From positions 128,001-192,000 of the forward strand of contig CBDHDG010000001.1 in NCBI GenBank assembly GCA_965261595.1: DNA of 64,000 bases, in the 5' to 3' direction. A program made the position numbers and the translations under genes. Source of the DNA: a bacterium. Its GTDB lineage: Bacteria > UBA8248 > JACPRG01 > G963555815. Below, in pieces: positions 58,356 through 64,000 of the stretch. A model generated the notes under the pieces. It saw nothing but the letters and a program-made list of their open reading frames with translations. It ran no database searches and was not told the origin of the DNA. Every line of letters starts with the position of its first letter. Position 1 is the first letter of the stretch.

Positions 58356-59519
58356 ATGAGTTCGAATTTTTTCTTTACCTCCGAGTCGGTCACGGAGGGA
58401 CACCCCGACAAGGTGTCCGACCAGATATCCGACGCGGTTTTGGACGGCATCTATGAAACCGACCCGCTGGGACGCGTGGCCTGCGAGACCCTCGTCACCA
58501 CGGGGCTGATTTTCCTGGCGGGAGAGATCACCACAACCGCATACGTGGACATTCCGAAGATCGCCCGTGAAACCATCCGCCGGATCGGCTACACGCGGGC
58601 CAAGTACGGGTTCGACTACGAAACCTGCTCAGTCCTGACCTCGATTGACGAACAGTCACCCGACATCGCCCTGGGCGTGGACGATACGGCCGACCACGAG
58701 CAGGGGGCCGGCGATCAGGGCCTCATGTTCGGCTACGCCACGAACGAGACCGAAGAGCTGATGCCCCTGCCCATCATGCTCGCCCACAAGCTCTGCCGGA
58801 AACTGGCCGAAGTCCGCAAGGGGGACATCATTCCCTACCTGCGGCCCGACGGCAAGAGTCAGGTCACGGTCGAGTACGAAAACGGAAAGCCCATTCGGGT
58901 GGACACCGTCGTCATCTCCACCCAGCACGGAGACAACGTTCACCTGAGTGAGATCCGTGAGGACATGATCGAAAAGGTCATCAAACCCACCATTCCTTCC
59001 TCCCTTCTCGACGATGAAAAAATCACCTATCACGTCAACCCCACCGGACGCTTCGTGACCGGCGGACCGATGGGGGACTGCGGACTGACCGGCCGGAAGA
59101 TCATCGTGGACACCTACGGCGGCGTCGGCAGCCACGGCGGCGGCGCCTTCTCCGGCAAGGACCCCAGCAAGGTCGATCGATCCGCCTCCTACATGGCCCG
59201 CCACATCGCGAAGAACATGGTGGCCTCCGGGGCGATGGACAAGTGCGAAGTCCAGCTTGCTTACGCCATCGGCGTGGCGGATCCGGTCTCGATCCTGGTC
59301 GACGACTTCGGAACGGGCCGCGTCGATCTGGATAAAGCCGTCCGGGCCATCCGGGACGTCTTCGTGCTGAAACCCAGGGAGATCATCGACTACCTTAAGC
59401 TCCGGCGGCCCATTTTTCAAAAAACCGCCGCATACGGCCACTTCGGAAGGAACGACCCCGATTTCACATGGGAGCTCGCGAACCGCGCGGCCGATCTAAA
59501 GACCGCCATGGGCCTCTGA
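58356..59519 (+). CDS. metK: S-adenosylmethionine synthetase
   Basis: [28 protein letters not shown]. Confidence 0.98.
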   Translation: MSSNFFFTSESVTEGHPDKVSDQISDAVLDGIYETDPLGRVACETLVTTGLIFLAGEITTTAYVDIPKIARETIRRIGYTRAKYGFDYETCSVLTSIDEQSPDIALGVDDTADHEQGAGDQGLMFGYATNETEELMPLPIMLAHKLCRKLAEVRKGDIIPYLRPDGKSQVTVEYENGKPIRVDTVVISTQHGDNVHLSEIREDMIEKVIKPTIPSSLLDDEKITYHVNPTGRFVTGGPMGDCGLTGRKIIVDTYGGVGSHGGGAFSGKDPSKVDRSASYMARHIAKNMVASGAMDKCEVQLAYAIGVADPVSILVDDFGTGRVDLDKAVRAIRDVFVLKPREIIDYLKLRRPIFQKTAAYGHFGRNDPDFTWELANRAADLKTAMGL

Positions 59520-59564
59520 GTCGCCTGTTTCCCCTTCACCCTTCTTCATCCACCGAAAGGTTGA

Positions 59565-60824
<1,260 letters not shown>

Positions 60825-60957
60825 CCCCTCGCATACCCGCGCCCGGCCCGGAGGTTGCAATCGGCCCCCACAATATTTAAATTCGAGCGTTACGCATCCC
60901 GCGCCGGGGACGACGCGGGGATTTCAGGGATTCGCGCGCATCCTCCGGAGCCCCGGA

Positions 60958-61005
60958 GGGTCAACTGACCCCTTGGGTCCACCAACCCCATGGGTCAACC
61001 GACCC
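60958..61005. repeat. Three 17-bp-period copies of a GGGTC(A/C)ACCGACCC-type palindrome
   Basis: GGGTCAACTGACCC 60958, GGGTCCACCAACCC 60975, GGGTCAACCGACCC 60992. Confidence 0.75.
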
Positions 61006-61111
61006 ACAGGACCGCCGCGAAATCTCTTCGGTGAGTCTCTTTTTTCGATCGATGGGCCGCTCGGCGACCGTCCGGGCGGCCCATCGTCAGCGAGTCTGGA
61101 GGACAGGGGTA

Positions 61112-62230
61112 ATGGCCAACGCATCTGTGACCGAGGAGCAAGTTTTAGACGCCCTCCGGGGCATCCAGGATCCCGACCTGAACCGGGACATCGTCACCCT
61201 TGGTTTCATCAAGGATTTGAGTCTCGCCGGTTCCGAGGTGTCGTTCACCATCGAGCTGACGACACCCGCCTGCCCCGTCAAGGAAGAGATGCAGGCCCAG
61301 GCCGAAAGACTCGTGGGCGAGTTGGCCGGCGTGGAACGGGTCTCGGTGCGGATGACCGCCCAGGTCCCCCCCGGACGCGTCATGGCCGACCGCCAGGCCA
61401 TCCCCGGGGTCAAGAACTTCATCGCCGTCGCCAGCGGAAAGGGCGGCGTCGGAAAATCCACCGTCGCGGTCAACCTCGCCCTCGCCCTGGCGCAATACGG
61501 CGCCGCCGTCGGCCTGATGGATTCGGACATCTTCGGACCGAGCATTCCCCTGATGATGAACATCGCCGGCCAGCCCAAGGTCACCGAGGGCAACCGGATC
61601 CTCCCCATGCAGAACTACGGCGTGAAGGTCATCTCCATGGGCCTGCTTCTGGGAGACCGGGACGACACGCCCATCATCTGGCGCGGACCGATGGTCATGC
61701 AGGCGGTCACACAGTTCATCCAGGGCGTGGATTGGGGCGAGTTGGACTACCTGGTCGTGGACATGCCGCCGGGAACCGGCGACGCCCACCTGACCCTGAC
61801 GCAGCGCGTCCCTCTCACCGGCGCGGTCATCGTCACCACCCCCCAGGACATCGCCTTGCTGGACGCGAAAAAAGGACTCCAGATGTTCAACAAGGTGGAA
61901 ACCCCCATCCTCGGGATCATCGAAAACATGAGCTATTTTCTTTGCCCCCACTGCGGCGAGCGCTCGGAGATCTTCGGTTACGGCGGGGGACGGAGGATGG
62001 CGGACCAGTACGAGGTGCCTTTCCTGGGCGAGATCCCGCTGGATATCCGCATCCGAGAGTACGGCGATGAGGGACGGCCCATTGTGTACGCGGACCCCGA
62101 GTCCCCTGTTGCGGAGGCCTTCCGGAAGCTGGCCGGCGCGGTGGCGGCCCGGATCAGCATGATCAACATCGGCGAGGGAACGGCCGACAGACCCGACTCG
62201 ACGACGTTCATTCCGTTGAAGATGGGCTAG
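61112..62230 (+). CDS. apbC: Fe-S cluster carrier Mrp/ApbC (NBP35 family)
   Basis: DUF59 TTPACP, SGKGGVGKST, WRGPM, DMPPGTGD, CPHC. Confidence 0.95.
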   Translation: MANASVTEEQVLDALRGIQDPDLNRDIVTLGFIKDLSLAGSEVSFTIELTTPACPVKEEMQAQAERLVGELAGVERVSVRMTAQVPPGRVMADRQAIPGVKNFIAVASGKGGVGKSTVAVNLALALAQYGAAVGLMDSDIFGPSIPLMMNIAGQPKVTEGNRILPMQNYGVKVISMGLLLGDRDDTPIIWRGPMVMQAVTQFIQGVDWGELDYLVVDMPPGTGDAHLTLTQRVPLTGAVIVTTPQDIALLDAKKGLQMFNKVETPILGIIENMSYFLCPHCGERSEIFGYGGGRRMADQYEVPFLGEIPLDIRIREYGDEGRPIVYADPESPVAEAFRKLAGAVAARISMINIGEGTADRPDSTTFIPLKMG

Positions 62231-62232
62231 CG

Positions 62233-62308
62233 GGCTGCGGAAATCCGCGCAATCATTCTTCGGAGCTTTCAGTGGGCGATGGAGCGGCCCTGCCAGTGTA
62301 GCTCCGAT
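62233..62308. repeat. Partial copy of the 31459-31724 element
   Basis: Reverse complement aligns with 31648-31722 (GGGCCGCTCCA.CGC.CACTGAAAG...CGAAGAAT.ATTGCGCGGA.TTCCGCA). Confidence 0.8.
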
Positions 62309-62423
62309 GATTTCTCTCTTTCGATGACCGGTCTCTATGCGCGGAGAATTCCTGTCCCCGGCAATCATCCTTGGATCCACAATCGCTCCGGTCCGTCTTT
62401 TCCATCGATTACAGAGAAGAGGT

Positions 62424-64000
62424 ATGCAGCCCGTGAGCGTCCGTCGGTGGCGGTTTTATTTTCTCGCGGTTTTCTGCTCCATCCTCCCGACGGCCTGCGG
62501 CCCGAATCTCCCCGATCAGACTCCGATTGCAAATTCTCGCGGCCCTTTGGTTCTGCCGGCAGGCCCCCGTTGCGTCGCCATCCTCGACTTTTGGACCGCC
62601 TCCAAAGATCCTGAAACAACCTGGCTCGCTTATGCCGTCCCCGCCACCCCGCGCGCAAAGTTGGGGGCCATCGGGGCGGTTTCCCCGGTGGATCGCGATT
62701 GGCTCCAAGAAACCATCCGGGAGCATCGGCGCCGGCCCATCGACTTGGTGGACCCCAGAAAGGCGATCATTCTCGGAAGGTTGGTCGGGGCCAGACGTTC
62801 AACCTTCAGTTCGTCGATGTCTCGACGGCGATTGCTGTCCACACTTTCCGTGTGCAAGTCGAGGTTTCATCGGAACACGCCCTATTCGCCGGCCTTAACA
62901 GGATGGTGAACGCCTCCGTGGAGGCCTTGGGAAGAAAGGTGGAGGTGAAAAAGGTAGGGACCGCCGTTGTGAAGGTGGCGCGCTTCCCCATTACACCAAA
63001 AGAGAGAAAGCTACTCGACGCGCCCCCGGCACGCACACTTGAGACCTACATCCTCCGTGGAAAGGCGCTCCAAGCCCGTCAGAGGGGGGACCGGGATAAG
63101 GCCGCCGTCTTCCTTGAGCAAGCGACGAAAAAAGACGCCACAGACGCCGCCGCGTTCGCCGAATTGGGCCTCACACGGATGGAACTCGCGGATTCGGAGG
63201 GCGCCATGGATGCGCTGACACGCGCCCTTGGGCTGCTTCGCGAAAGAGGAGACGAGGCCGCCGCGGCCAGAACCCTCAGCCACATGGCCCGTGTAAACGA
63301 AAATATAAATGACTCTAAAGAAGCCACCAGGCTTTTTACAGGGAGGCCTTTGACCTCTTTTGGCGTCTCCGGAACCATGCGGCAGCGGCGGCACGGATCC
63401 TGAACCGGTTGGCCCTTCTCCAAGAGGCAAAGAGAAAACGCCCCCAAGCCCGGAAGCTCCACCAACGGGCACTGACCATCCAGCGGGCGGTCGGCGACGC
63501 GGAAGGCACGGCGCGTACCCTGAGCCTGATGGCCTTTTCCGAGGAGCGACGCGGGCGGCACGGGGACTCCTTGAATCTTTTCCGACAGGCCTATCAGACC
63601 GAGCGCCGCCTGGGCAATGAGGTGGCCGCGGCCCGCTTGCTCCGTCACATGGCTCGCGGCCATCATCGTCAAAAGAACTTCGGTGAAGCCCTGAAGCTTT
63701 ATCAGAGGGCGCTGAACCTCTCACGCCGTCTGGGCGACGAAGGGGCCGCCGCAGGGATCTTGGACCACATGGCCTTCATTCATCATCGGGCGAGACGCTA
63801 TGACAAGGCGGCAAGTGATTACCGCGAGTCACTCGCCATTCGGCGTCGCCTTGGAGACGAGGCGGGTGCGGCAATCAACCTCATGGGGATTGCTCTCCTG
63901 CACCGGATCCAGGGCCGGGACGATGAGGCCCTGAAGCTTTACCGCGAGTCTCTCACAATCTGGCGCCGCCTCGGAAACGTAGCGGGCGTGGGGTTGGGCC
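62424..64000 (+). pseudogene. CsgG/FlgO-like domain + TPR repeat putative lipoprotein, broken near 62800 and 63335, running off the window
   Basis: Signal ending PTAC; VAILDF..VDR..LGRLVGA; repeated ALxLYRESLxIxRRLGDxAG TPR units in successive frames. Confidence 0.7.

Overview
High-GC chromosomal window from a diderm bacterium. The lptCAB-rpoN-hpf-hprK-PTS-metK-ahcY and tilS-ftsH-pdxJ-nnr-tsaE gene order resembles Deltaproteobacteria/Nitrospinota-like lineages; this taxonomy is inference only. The left ~35 kb is catabolic and accessory. It holds ABC transporters, three Rid proteins, a CoA-transferase plus ADP-forming acyl-CoA ligase, a rubredoxin missed by the ORF track, a beta-oxidation-like trio, and an operon of Gfo/Idh/MocA, DAHP-synthase-like and AroE-like genes with altered substrate motifs. 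A low-GC ABC-ATPase + TOPRIM-like (DUF4276-type) islet has truncated a toxin gene. An acetoin/pyruvate dehydrogenase-type E1/E2 operon follows, then an Apaf-1-like TM-NB-ARC-WD40 gene, four tRNAs in total and a housekeeping block. Notable hidden signals are two sigma-54-type promoters in front of small ORFs (one with a LIM-like zinc finger) and an in-frame fossil C-terminal domain behind the hpf stop codon. Others are an acyl-CoA dehydrogenase lacking the partner-FAD motifs and several REP/MITE-like repeats. About eight frameshifts, many in homopolymers, suggest uncorrected long-read errors, so the frameshift-based pseudogene calls are provisional.
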